Shown here in pieces: positions 38,247 through 52,006 of a DNA stretch of 56,593 nucleotides (position 1 is its first letter; each line of letters opens with the position of its first letter). The DNA is from Octopus bimaculoides (lineage: Eukaryota). Position numbers and translations under genes: made by a program. The DNA is taken from the NCBI RefSeq assembly GCF_001194135.2, contig NC_068985.1, positions 36,945,177-37,001,769 on the forward strand, written 5' to 3'. The notes under the pieces are model-generated. The model saw only the letters and a program-made list of their open reading frames with translations, was not told the DNA's origin and ran no database searches.

Positions 38247-39420
38247 GAGAGAGATAGAGAGAGAGAATAGGAATGTCTGAAAGGGAAAAGTAAAATGAGA
38301 AAAATAAACACGAACAGAAATAAATGGAAGAAAAAAATGTCTGAGTAGACGATGTAATTGAACAAAGCAGTACTGAATATGAAGATCGGAAATGCCATTT
38401 TAAAAATGTTGAACCAACATTCAACGATATGGATTGCGAATCAGTTATTTTCCCTCTCCTTAATACGTATCGTCTGCTTCAGTCATTATCTTCAATTTGT
38501 GCCGGTTGACATTTCGCCCTTAGGACAGCATTTTTCAATTCGAGAAGAATTAGCAAGAATCGCACTAGCGACTTCTTTTTGCAAATGAATTATATGAGTT
38601 TATCCGACCAGCACTTGAAAAATGTCTGTCGGTAACAGTTTCTATAGAGAAAGGACAACATTAGACCATAGTTCATTGTTGGCTTTTATTGTGAATGATT
38701 CATCTCAAATTTATCAACGGATCCATTTTGTTGCAATTGATGTTAGAAATGGCGTTGGCCAAAAATAGTGCGTGCCCAATACACACATGCGCACGCACAA
38801 GGCATGCAAACACACACACACACATGCGCACACAGACACAAATGTACGTATGTGTTTATATATATATATGTACATGTGTGTGTGTGTGTGTGTGCGTGCG
38901 CGCGCGCGCATGTACACGTGTGCAAATGACAGGAATAGTCTCTGACGTGCTTGTGGAGTGATGTGAATGTTAGTGGTCATATTCAGAGCGTGTACAGTAT
39001 TAAAGTTGATAGTTGTGGTGGCGGTGGTGATGGTAGAGGTCGTGGCTATTGTCGTTTACATTTCGAAATCGTATCAGCGGTAGGGGTTGACAAATGAAGT
39101 TCATAGTTGTGTAAGTGGTTGTTGCGTTGAGGCAAACATAGTAACGTTCGTAGATATGGCGTTGCCGTTGATTTTGCTGTAGTAGTAGTAGTAGTAGTAG
39201 TTGTTGGTGTTGGTGGTGGCGGTGGCGGTGATAATGTATTTGGTGCTAATGGTTATGGTGGTGGTGGTGGTGAGCTTGCAGTAACTCCGATATTTATTGG
39301 TGGTGTTAATGTTAATGGCAATAATTATTCTTTACACCAGAACAATGTAAGAAGTTTGGAGTAATTTCGAAATAAGTGGATTAGCTCAACTGAATCAGCT
39401 ACTGTATAAATCTTGTATTT

Positions 39421-39458
<38 letters not shown>

Positions 39459-39699
39459 AGAAACAAAGAGAGAGAGAGAGAGAGAGAAAGAGACAGAGAG
39501 AAACAAAGAGAGAGAGAGAGAGAGAGGGAGGAAGGGAAATTTGTTGTAAGTTGTCTGCACTCCCACTGACCTTTTAGTGATGATAAGAATAAATTCTTTA
39601 GACAAGGGGACACAAAAGTCTGATATTGCAGGGGTAGATGTGTTGTCAATTCAATTGAGATTCCTGTCCTACTGGTACATATTTTATGGATCATGCAGA

Positions 39700-40440
39700 T
39701 ATAGAACGGAAAGTAGCTGCCGGCTGGGTTTCAATACAGAACGTAAACATGTATGTATTACACACACACACACGTTCGCGCGCGCACATGGATATTCTAT
39801 TCCTTATTATTTGAAGTCTACTTGTAAAGTTTCTAATAAAGATAGCTGCAAACCTCCATCATTGGAATCTAGATTAAAAACTGTTACATGTTGAGCTTCA
39901 GAAGAGTCATGCATGTCTTTACTGTTTTTTGCTTACAGATTATATTTGTCATGAGCGTATTAGCTGGATGATTTCTTCCAATGAAGATCTTAGCCTTTCC
40001 ATATTGTCACTTAACCATTTACTATCCAAACCAAGTGCACTAATTATTATTGGTATAAATTTGAATTTACAATCAGGCTACAGAAACTGGAGATTTAGAA
40101 GCAGTTGTAAGTACTTGTTCTCTTCCTCTTTGATTTTCGTAGATATATTCACGCCAGCAGGGTGGCTGGCCTCCATGACGGTACATACTTTTTCTAGTCG
40201 TCTCAAATAACTATATCTGGCCTGTTATCTTTACAGTTGGTAGAAACTTTTAATGAGAATGTTCCAATATTTCTTGTTTTGATGTTTATGTATGTATTCA
40301 AAAGCAGGTGCATTCTCCAAATTTATCTCGAGGATAGTTTTGTATTTTTTTGAGATGGCATTATATATAGTTTTAGCGACAGCGTCATGTCGCATTAGGC
40401 AGCATCTACAACACGGTACCACCAACATCAGGCGTGTAGT
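39700..40440 (-). mobile_element. decayed RLE-type LINE, endonuclease end and 3' UTR
   Basis: Minus strand reads RHDAVAKTIYNAI...NRPDIVI*D/LEKVCTVMEASHPAGVNI..K..EENKY..L...FIPIIISALG; ORF stop at 39884-39886. Confidence 0.8.
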
Positions 40441-42138
40441 TGTAGAAGGCCGTAAAAAAATGACTTTTTGAACGTTATCTTCTACAATTATGTCGACTCT
40501 TCCATTCTAAATCAGTAACTGGTTTATTTCTTCTGTTTAGAAATAAACGAAAACACCTTTTACGTACTAGCTTAGTGTTATTTAGACCACAGTACAAAAT
40601 ATATCTTGCATCACAGGGAATTTCACTTTCACGCTCATGACTGATATTGATACCGACACCGCTAACAACACAAGCAGTATTACAACAACTGTGAGTTATT
40701 TAACACGACGTAAGTCTCCCACCCCTTTTGGTCTTTAAATTTAAATCAGGATCTACTTCGGTACTTTGAAAAACTCCGAACTAGCTAAAATAATACTGGG
40801 ACGAAGCTCATCTAAGCTGAAACTACTTTTACAGCTTAACAGTTTCGACAGTAAGCATATTCCTTTGTAAAAAAAAAAAAAAAAAAAAATATCTTTGTGA
40901 TTGTCATTCCAGCTCTCGCGATGATAATCAATCTTCTCAAAACACTGAGTATCAATCAAAATCTGCCGTTGGCAAGATCTAGTAAATAGTGTATGCAAAC
41001 CGCTACTGCCATCACTAAACTCTCATATATCTGCACTGGTTCGACAGAGACAACTGTGGAATATAATGAACTTAAGAATAATTTGAAATCGCAGTTCCTT
41101 AAGAAGAATTTTCCAGTTTTTCTAAGCTGCCATTGTGCGACAGGCCATTCTTAATGAGATGAAAGAAAAAAAAAAACTGTTTTCATGTTAAAAGTTATTG
41201 ATGTCGCTGCATACATGTGATTTTAACTACTGAACAACTAATATTTTTTCTATGTACTACAGCTATTACTATTAAAAAAAAAAACACATGGGAGAACCCT
41301 GCAGTGCATGCGCTAATGAGATTAGTAAATGGAAACAACCTATTTATTGAGTCTTTTCCACCAAGTTGGCAGAAAACTATAGGACAGATGGACAACAAAA
41401 CTGGAAGAAAAACATGAACAATCTGCACTGACATATTGAATGGTTAACCAAGATAATAAAATGTAAGGAAAATAATGAGTTAAAATTTCACCAATTACAT
41501 CTTATGCAAAATAACAAAACTTTACAGCAACTCTTCACGCGAAGCTCTTGAGGGAAAATGAATGACTTTGAAGCTCGAACTCAGGATGCTGAGTGAAAAA
41601 CTTCGCTATCGTAGAAAATAACCGAATGAATCAGTATTAATCCTACATTGGTTTCCAATATAGATGCATTATGCTTAGAAAAACATTACCGCAAAGAAAA
41701 CTCCTTCTTGGGAAGATCTTGAATCATTCTGGTCTAAGATCTAGAACGAAAGGAAAGATTTCAACCAGAATGCTTCGTAGCTAAGTACAGTTAGTACCAG
41801 CATCAACTGTAAGAAATACACAAGTGACCCTGAAAATTTTACCATAGTTGTAAGTAAATATAACAGGAAGATACAGGGAAGAGACCTCATAATTGGATAC
41901 TGGTATAAGAACTTAGCTTTCTATAAAAAGTCATTAATATGTATCTTCAAAAAAACTATTGGAGACCAGATTGACATACCAAGTTGCCTTGGTATATCAA
42001 AAACGATTCTTGTAACTATGACAAAATCCACCAAGTTGGCAGAAAACTATAGGCATATTGTTTTCCACTTGTGTACATTCTTTATACAAGCTGTTTTAAC
42101 TTACCACACAGCCACGCCTGTGGTCGATGCTATATTTT

Positions 42139-42209
42139 TCCTCGGTAGTATAGTGGTAAGTATCTCCGCCTGTCATGTGGAGACCGGGATTCGATTCCTC
42201 ACCGGTGAG
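42139..42209 (+). tRNA. tRNA-Asp(GTC) pseudogene / tRNA-derived head
   Basis: TCCTCGGTAGTATAGTGGTAAGTATCTCCGCCTGTCATGTGGAGACCGGGATTCGATTCCTCACCGGTGAG is close to metazoan tRNA-Asp. The anticodon stem pairs, but the T-stem has two mismatches, the acceptor stem one, and the variable loop is 1 nt short. Confidence 0.8.
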
Positions 42210-42299
42210 GAGATATGTATTCACTGGCTGTGTCCGAACATGGCCACAGCCTTTGGGCTGAAACGTAAAAGAATATGTATGTGTGTGTGTGTACCAGGC

Positions 42300-42414
42300 T
42301 TAATAAAAAAAAGAGAAAAAAGTACTGGAGTCGATTCGTTGGATTAAAATTCTTCAGAGCTGTGCATCCGTATGACCGCAGTCTAATGATTGAAACAGGT
42401 AAAAGATAAAAGCT

Positions 42415-42415
<1 letters not shown>
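42300..42415 (+). mobile_element. SINE 3' fragment
   Basis: agtactggagtcgattcg...gaccgCAGTCtaatGATTGaaacaggtaaaagataaaag, the shared SINE tail. Confidence 0.65.
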
Positions 42416-42452
<37 letters not shown>

Positions 42453-44007
42453 CGTGTGGTAATGTGTGTGTATACCTGCATGCATATAGTCTTGTGGGTA
42501 TATCAGCATGTAAGCATCTAAATATATCTCTGTAAGCATGAATGTATGTGCACACATGTATATAAATAAATAAGCATATATGTGTGTATGTATATATTTA
42601 TATTTATTATTAGCAACAACAGATATCATTTATGAAAACCGGAATTGCACACAGACAATGTAATCATTTCATATACAGATTAATATCTGTACAGTTATTT
42701 TCTTAGTGGTAAGAAAAAAAAAAAACTTATCTTAAAGAACTTCTGTAACATAAATAGAAGTTGAAAGCTAGAATCGGTTGAATCAAAATTGTGTTATCGT
42801 AGTTATGTTGTGAAACATTTGCTGGTATATCATAAATTAACATCTGATAAAATCGACTTCCAAGTTCAGCATTTTTTTACTAAGTCTGTCTGAAGTTTTC
42901 TTTTTTTCTTTTTAAATTTTGTGTATATTTTCACATCGATTTTGTTTTTAACCCGCGGAAAAAAATTTGATCGTGAACATAACATTTCCCTTCATTATTC
43001 TGATGGACAANNNNNNNNNNNNNNNNNNNNNNNNNNNNNNNNNNNNNNNNNNNNNNNNNNNNNNNNNNNNNNNNNNNNNNNNNNNNNNNNNNNNNNNNNN
43101 NNNNNNNNNNNNNNNNNNNNNNNNNNNNNNNNNNNNNNNNNNNNNNNNNNNNNNNNNNNNNNNNNNNNNNNNNNNNNNNNNNNNNNNNNNNNNNNNNNNN
43201 NNNNNNNNNNNNNNNNNNNNNNNNNNNNNNNNNNNNNNNNNNNNNNNNNNNNNNNNNNNNNNNNNNNNNNNNNNNNNNNNNNNNNNNNNNNNNNNNNNNN
43301 NNNNNNNNNNNNNNNNNNNNNNNNNNNNNNNNNNNNNNNNNNNNNNNNNNNNNNNNNNNNNNNNNNNNNNNNNNNNNNNNNNNNNNNNNNNNNNNNNNNN
43401 NNNNNNNNNNNNNNNNNNNATATATATATATATATATATATACACACAAGTATATGTGGGCACAGGACGTCATGAAATGAGTACAACAAAAACTACGAAG
43501 CACGAGCACATCGAACATAAATTATTCTTTCGAACAACGAAAGACACAAATGGAAAACAAAACAAACAACATAAAGAACGACCCTTCATTAATTGTTGGT
43601 TGTTTTTCTAGTCTTGTATTTCGAGCATTTAACAATAATATACGCTTTCGATAAAACAATTGCTCCCGCAAAGCAAATTAAATAAAATTTGGGATTTTGC
43701 GGAGGGTCAAAGCAGGTAACACAAACAGGACAGCGAAAGCAAACAGGAAGGGCTGCTAAGCCTAAACGAGGTTGTGGTGGTAACACTGCCCACTCATTAA
43801 ATCAAGTTATAAGTGGTTGAGTATTCCTCAGACACAGGTACCCTTAAAGTAATCTCAATTGTGAAATACTATGTTGAGTCTGAATTTCAGCGGGCTGAGT
43901 CTAGGCTATGGCAAAAGTACTTTCCAAACGTGTCACATTTGTGAGATCGAACTGAGGAACTCACCATTGTAAAGTGAACTTCGTAACACATTTAGATCGT
44001 TTATATA

Positions 44008-44345
44008 TTTTACTTGCTTCAGTCTTTGAATTTCAGCCATGCTGGAGCACTGCTTTAAAGGTTATATTCGAACAGATTAACTCCATTTCTTATTTATTAA
44101 GTCTGATATTTATTTTGTCGGTCTATTTTACCGAATCGCTAATTTACGGGGACGTGTTGGCGGGATAAAGACACATACCCATATACGATGGGCTTCCACG
44201 TAGTTTCCGTCTACCATTTTCACTCACAAGACATCGGTCAGCTCGGAGCTATAGTAGAAGACACTTGCTCAATATGTGGCGCGCTGGGACTGAACCCGAA
44301 ACTACGTGGTTACATAGCGAGTTTCTTAACTACAGAACCATCCCT
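44008..44345 (-). mobile_element. SINE family A, old degenerate copy
   Basis: ttacttgcttcagtc...ccatgctggagcactg...cactcacaagac...gctatagtagaagacacttg...gggactgaacccg. Confidence 0.7.
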
Positions 44346-44927
44346 ATCTTGTACACTTGTCATCAGACAAGTGTACAAGATAAGCTTAAATTAGATTTTT
44401 AAAAAATGAATAACAGAAAAGCAATATTTGTAAGCTTATTTCTATCTCAAGTTAAGCCATTTATTTTCAAAAAGTATCAGAAATTATCCTTACGTTTGAT
44501 AACGTACGATTTTAGATTGGAAATGGCGTAATACAAATATAAACAGCAGACATTTAAGAATATTTAAAAAACAAAAAAGCTAGCCTCTACAAATAATAAT
44601 ACAAGTGGGATGATGTCAGTATTTCTAAGAGAAATATTCACTCTCATCGCTCAGGAATATTTGGCATTTTGTACAATGTGATTTTATATATCTATTGTAA
44701 CAGAGTTATGTAATAATCTTTATCACTTCTCTGATATCATCTGCATTTCTTCTATTTTACGAATGAATTAGCAAATTTGTGTTTACTCAGCTTATTTCCT
44801 TTTGGAGAAATTAATTCAAATGCAGATTGTGATTTAAAGAAAAAAAATTACGAGAGGCAAGAGCAACTGCTAATGTATTAGCAACTGCACACAAACACAC
44901 GCACACAGACACACGCACACAGACACA

Positions 44928-44968
<41 letters not shown>

Positions 44969-45075
44969 ACACACACACACATGATTATATGGAAGACTGT
45001 TCAGAAAAATCATAAAGCAGTAAAACAGAAACGTAATATAACCATAGATATATGTATATATACATATATATTCCG

Positions 45076-45153
<78 letters not shown>

Positions 45154-45392
45154 CATTTATACATATAAGTATACGTGGATATGTGTATATATTAGCATAT
45201 GTCTACACATGTATACAAACATACATACATACACATACACCCACACACGCACGCACACTCACACACTTAAATGCATGTATAGGCATATATTTATATGCAT
45301 ATATACTTATACAAGCATACATACATAGATGCACACATGCGCACACACACACGCGCACACACACATGCACACGCACACGAGCACACACACAA

Positions 45393-45427
<35 letters not shown>

Positions 45428-45536
45428 TATATATGTATGTATGTATGTGTGTGTATATTCAACATCAATAATACCAAGCAGTACCAAACTGAACAATGCA
45501 CTTAGAATGAAAAACAATAAAGTCCTAAGAACAAAA

Positions 45537-45537
<1 letters not shown>

Positions 45538-45598
<61 letters not shown>

Positions 45599-45889
45599 AA
45601 CTACTACTACTACTGCCNNNNNNNNNNNNNNNNNNNNNNNNNNNNNNNNNNNNNNNNNNNNNNNNNNNNNNNNNNNNNNNNNNNNNNNNNNNNNNNNNNN
45701 NNNNNNNNNNNNNNNNNNNNNNNNNNNNNNNNNNNNNNNNNNNNNNNNNNNNNNNNNNNNNNNNNNNNNNNNNNNNNNNNNNNNNNNNNNNNNNNNNNNN
45801 NNNNNNNNNNNNNNNNNNNNNNNNNNNNNNNNNNNNNNNNNNNNNNNNNNNNNNNNNNNNNNNNNNNNNNNNNNNNNNTAAGAACAAAA

Positions 45890-45951
<62 letters not shown>

Positions 45952-46000
45952 AACTACTACTACTACTGCCACTACTACTACTACTACTACTGCCACTACT
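45538..46000. repeat. (CTA)n microsatellite duplicated on both sides of an N gap
   Basis: The same taagaacaaaaa-(cta)n-caa-(cta)n-ctgcc string lies before and after the gap. Confidence 0.85.
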
Positions 46001-46840
46001 ACAAACACATTAATGCAATAGAGCTTTATTACATGATAATAGTCATAACAGTGAGGAAACAAAATAGAACTTAGAAAACAATAACAACAATAACACCACC
46101 AACAACAACAACAGCAATAACAACAACAACAACAGCAACAGCAACAGCACTACTATAAAAACTACTACTACTTCTAGGACTAAGACAACAACAAACACCA
46201 TTTACAAAATAACATTAACTGCAAAAAATCACTTAATACAAGTATAATAATCAGACTTAAAGAATAATTTTAAAAAAAGTGAGCACCAAACAAAGACAAA
46301 TAATAATAATAAATACAAGGAATTAAATAAAAAAATAAAAATATTATATAAAGTATTTTCAGACAAGATACACATACATTTTTTTCCGAAATAACAAGAA
46401 AGTTTTTAAGAAATATAAAAATAAAATTAAAGAAAATCACAGACGAGAAAATGGTCTGAACAAAGAAGAATACATTGGAAACTACATCAACAATAACAAT
46501 AAGAGGAAAGGAAAAAAAAACCCTCAAAAAAACAAACAAACAAAACAATGAAGTAAAGTTCCATACTAATGGAAAAAGCAATGGTTGAGGAGCCGATATT
46601 TTAGCTCTTGGTTCCACACTAGCTCATCCATCAACTTAACGAAGCTAACATCTCCTTGTTACTTAAACCAGAATAACGGACAAGGCAAATTTATCAATAT
46701 CGCTTTACAACTTCTCATATTAAACGGTAATAATTATATACATAACCACATATATAGTAACCTCTCTCTGTTCTTCTTTCTTTCTCTGTTTATGTGTATT
46801 ATACATACACACATACATACATATACACATACATAATACA

Positions 46841-46876
<36 letters not shown>

Positions 46877-46877
46877 C

Positions 46878-46961
<84 letters not shown>

Positions 46962-47439
46962 GAATATATGTGTGAATGGATTAACATATAATGTATATGT
47001 ATGGATGGATATATATGTAATAGTGTGTATGTATACTTGCATAGATATATCATGTATACATATTTTTGCATACGTACTTGCATATATATTATACTATACA
47101 ATTCCATACTATAAAATTATAGACATACATAAGCTTACACATTTTAAATATATATATGTGTGGGCGTGTGTGTGCGTGTGCGAGCACGCACGTGTCTGTC
47201 AGTGTGTGTATGCGTGTGTAACTATGCATTCATAATATGTATATATATACCCCAGTATGGCCGTAGCTCTCGATCGAAAACTAGTTAAAGAGTTAAATAG
47301 TTATATACATTTATAAACTTACAATTATGGGGAGGGGAAGAGAGAAGTAGATACATACGTACATACACACGCACACACGCACGCACATTCATTAAAATGT
47401 TCTTGTTGCAGAGAGTTATGTATACAAATTGAATTTCTG

Positions 47440-47494
47440 TCTCGACTCGAGTTTCACGGCAACGCGATCTTCAGTTCTTAGCTGAAGATCGAGA
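47440..47494 (-). ncRNA. disrupted hammerhead-like motif
   Basis: Minus strand: tctc-[16-nt insert gatcttcagctaagaa]-CTGAAGA-tcgcgttgccgt-GAAA-CTCGAG-TC-gaga. Palindromic stem III and GUC; stem I forms only if the insert is removed; stem II is weak. Confidence 0.3.
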
Positions 47495-47546
47495 TCTTCA
47501 TATCTTGACTTCTGTGAAACTGGAGTAGCGAAGAAAAAACTTCATG

Positions 47547-47627
<81 letters not shown>

Positions 47628-47797
47628 TCTATGTAGGTAAACATATGTTTATATGTTTCTGTATGTATCATACATATATATAATTATGTATGGATATGTG
47701 CACGTCTATACGTGCATAAATTTGTATGCGTAGGTGCATATATATATGTGTGCGTGCACGTGTGTGTATGTGTGTGAGTGTGTGCATATGTGTGTAT

Positions 47798-47844
<47 letters not shown>

Positions 47845-47944
47845 CGAATATATACATACATACGCACATGCATATATATATATGCCATATGAGTTTGTAT
47901 ATGTTCTTGCAACTGTTTGCGTGCGTGTGTTTGTGTGTGCGTAT

Positions 47945-47988
<44 letters not shown>

Positions 47989-50133
47989 GTGTGCATTATG
48001 CACTCATGAGATGTACGCGTGCTCAGTAATATATCCTTAAACATGCGTATGCATTCAGACAGACGTTAATTCTGAGATAGTCGCATACGCACTTCCATGA
48101 GTACACGCATGCGTATTTATTTAGAAATTGTTTATTTCCATTATTTTAATATAGCATTTTCTCTTGCTCAATTAAGTTGTCACTTAATTTGAAAACCCTG
48201 TTTACAAATAAATGACACAAGGGGCTACTGAGGCAACCTGCCCTGTGAACTCAATTTCTCCTGTTCCCATTTGAATCACGACAAAACTAAAAAGAAATAA
48301 TGCAAACCACCCCCTAAAAACAAAGAAGGAAAAACGAACACTAACGTAACAGCATCATTAGCAACAAAAGCTAAGAAGTAAGAATGAATGTCAAATCTTT
48401 TTGCTATGCTTCCATCCATATCTGTTACGTTATTTCATGAAAGGAGACATTAACTTTCACGTGAAGACGACAGAATTGTCTCACAGCGAAGCGCATTCCT
48501 TATAAGAGAATACCTATGTCAAAATCAACCTCCGAGGTCAATTTTGAACATTACACAAGATTTCTGTCTCCGCTTATACAGTCAACAACATTCTTCTGAC
48601 AGCTATAATACTCTTTCTATACCGCACATCTCAAACCGTCATCTTGCATATTAAACTAAATTTCTGTATGAATAGCAAATGTTATACTAGACAGACAGAT
48701 TCACCATTCATTTTCATGATATTTTTGATTTTTATTTTTAACCAGATGCAAACGCATTAAATTTTATGGATGCAGGAAAATAGGATGATGTAATATTCAT
48801 GCATTTCCCCAAAATCATTTGCAACGGAAGTGAAACAAAATTGATTCAACTGAAAATGGAATCCAGATTGAGTTCATGATAGGCTAAGAGGCTGCATCTT
48901 ATATTTATTTTGTCGACTCCGGAAGGATTTGAACTTGCATTATATTTATTGATAAGCTTTAACATATAAATATAATGACAATAAATTCAAAAGTCGTCAA
49001 TACATTTATGAAAGTCATTTGCTATGTAAACAAAATGAATTATCTTTTACTGAGTACTGAAACCAAGTTATTAACTTAGCCAATCAGTAGTTCACCTCTT
49101 CAATACAAACAGATTTTACTTCAACATTAGCTTTGATTTTTTACTATGCACATGGTGGTCAAATCAGAAACACACCAACCCAAAATATACTATGATATTT
49201 GGTGGTTACGTCTATTGACGGTCTGTTTTCAAATTCCAACTATATCGAGTTTATGTTTGAGCCTTTCACTTTGAATAAAAATTATTTACTGCGTTGTAAA
49301 AGACTTATAAGTAATATGACAAATTCTATTTGCTTTACTCTATTGCAGTGTTTTCTATTGACCTACTCATTTCAGTTGCCACAAAGCACTAAAGATAGAA
49401 TTATCTCTACAACTGACACAATGTTCTTTGAAATGATTAAATTATTCGAGTGTATTTTGGTGAACGTTGCATAAACGACAGGATTTAACCTTAACAAAAA
49501 ATAACTACAGTATGTATATATATTGCAATTCGTATTATTATTTTATTATAATGTTATATAATATAATAGTGTTGTAATGTAATGCAGTATAATGTAGACA
49601 TGTAGAGATGAAATCATTCTAGTATAATAGCCAGCTAGTGAGTTCTGTTTATTTGAATACATCTTAGATATTTTTTTCATATCGTTCTAATTGATGATGT
49701 CCATTTCTTTGTGTAAAGTTGAGTGTCGTAACACATTACTTACTTAGCAATTCTCGTGAACCCACACATACCTCCCATACATACACAACACACACTCATA
49801 CATACACGCACACAATTATACATACATGGACACACACGCACATACAAGCACACACACGCACGCACACACAGAGTAACGTACATTTACTCCACAGACACAA
49901 CCTCACGCGTACACACATATCTATACGTACACACACATACATACACACACACACTACATATACATACACATACTTCAAACTACCAGTTAAAAACCTTTCT
50001 ATTGACCATTCTCCTACGCATATGTGTAGGGAGACACAACAGACAGCAACTCCTACCAAAATTCTTACTATAAACTCTTCCTATGACCTTAAACGACGCT
50101 AGTCCAACCACACACATACAAAATAGCCATAAC

Positions 50134-50167
<34 letters not shown>

Positions 50168-50364
50168 TACATGTGGTATCATTACACGCACACACACACA
50201 CAGACCTGCGCGCACGCACATACCCACACATACACACACATACCTCCTTCTCTTGAACTCTCCTGTCTTTGAAAGAACTTTTCTTCACCCATTCCCTTCC
50301 TGTCATTTCAATATGTGACCGCGTGTGTATATCGTTGGAGATTTTCTTTCTCCGTCTTCCCTTT

Positions 50365-50515
50365 GGATTTTTTCTATATAGCTGATGAAGAGCTCTGCTC
50401 GAAACGTGAAATCCTCTTTCTTTTCCTTCCTTTCAGGAGCCTTCAATAACACTGTACTTATTCCAAGTCCTCGCGTTGTTGTTTTTTCTTGCTTGTTCAT
50501 ATTTGGATTATATAT
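50365..50515 (+). mobile_element. Penelope-like terminal repeat fragment with degenerate hammerhead core
   Basis: CTGATGA-a-GAGC-tct-GCTC-GAAA-CGT-G (50382-50408) followed by a pyrimidine-rich tail. Position 17 is G (non-cleavable) and stem I is not contiguous. Confidence 0.4.
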
Positions 50516-50693
50516 ATATNNNNNNNNNNNNNNNNNNNNNNNNNNNNNNNNNNNNNNNNNNNNNNNNNNNNNNNNNNNNNNNNNNNNNNNNNNNNNNNNN
50601 NNNNNNNNNNNNNNNNNNNNNNNNNNNNNNNNNNNNNNNNNNNNNNNNNNNNNNNNNNNNNNNNNNNNNNNNNNNNNNNNNNNNNNNNNNNNN

Positions 50694-50729
<36 letters not shown>

Positions 50730-51757
50730 TACATTATCAGAATGAGATAAAAAATCCAAGGCGGTGAATAGTTTTCAGAACATTTATAATACATGACCTA
50801 CGCTGGACTCCTCATTCGTATCATTATCGAACCTGGAGCTTAACTTTAGTCTGTACATAGCACTTACTCAGCAATACCTGACACCTTTGGGTTTTATTGA
50901 CACCAATATCTCTCATACCCTTGATATATATATATACACATACATGCATACATACATACTATTGAATTGTTTATTCGGTATTTCCCTTACTTTTTGAGTG
51001 TGTGCAATAAGCAAGCTGTTTCTTTCCAATTAATGGTCCTATTTTGTACTGCACTGAAGCTGTTTCTTTTACAAATGTATAAAACTTCAGAAGCATTTTC
51101 GTTATGGTTTCTACTTCCCTGCTATCTTTCGTTATTGTTCACTCGCTTTCATGAGAGCATTTTATTTTACTTTCAATTTCCATAAATGCCATTCTTAAAT
51201 TGGTTTATTCCTGTCGATGGTTTGTCCATTTAAGCAATTTGAGAGCATTGTTCATCGCATGAAAATGTTTTTGTCCCTGGAAATGATATATTTCTAAGCA
51301 TTGGTCTTCCCATCTGTAGCATTTTTAATGAATATAGCTGGCTTTGTTGACATAAATTGCTTCAGTTTCAAGTCAATGTCTTTCATAGAGAGTACTCTGG
51401 GCCAGTTCTGTTTTGCAGAGCTCTTTCTTAATTGATTTCAAGTAAGCCTAATGGAAATCTAAGCTGTGGGGTTGAGTTAGACATACTTTTGACCCATATA
51501 TTGTTAGTTCTACTACAATATGGAAAAAAGACTAGTGTTCAGAAAATAGTCATGAATATATTTTAATTGATAGCAGAGAGTCTCCTACCTTTCTACTGAT
51601 CAGATTCTAGAAATGTTTTAGTAGTGATGGAGGGACAAATAGAGTATGAGAGAAAGAGAATGAGAGAGAAAAAAGAAAGAGAGAAATGGGAGAGTAAAAA
51701 AGGAAGAGAGAAAGAGAGAAAGAGAGAGAAGAAGAGAGAGAGAGAGAAAGATAGAAA

Positions 51758-51826
<69 letters not shown>

Positions 51827-51954
51827 CAAGAAATACAAATGATCAAATGAAAAGTAGAGAAAAAAGATTGAAATGAACAGAGAGAGAAAGAGAGATAAAG
51901 AGAGCGAGATGAAGAGAGAGAAAGATAAAGAGAGAGAGATAGAGACAAACAGAG

Positions 51955-52006
<52 letters not shown>

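Noticed and set aside
42139-42209. Functional tRNA-Asp gene
   Set aside because: T-stem and acceptor mismatches, a shortened variable loop and no oligo-T terminator; treated as a pseudogene or SINE head.
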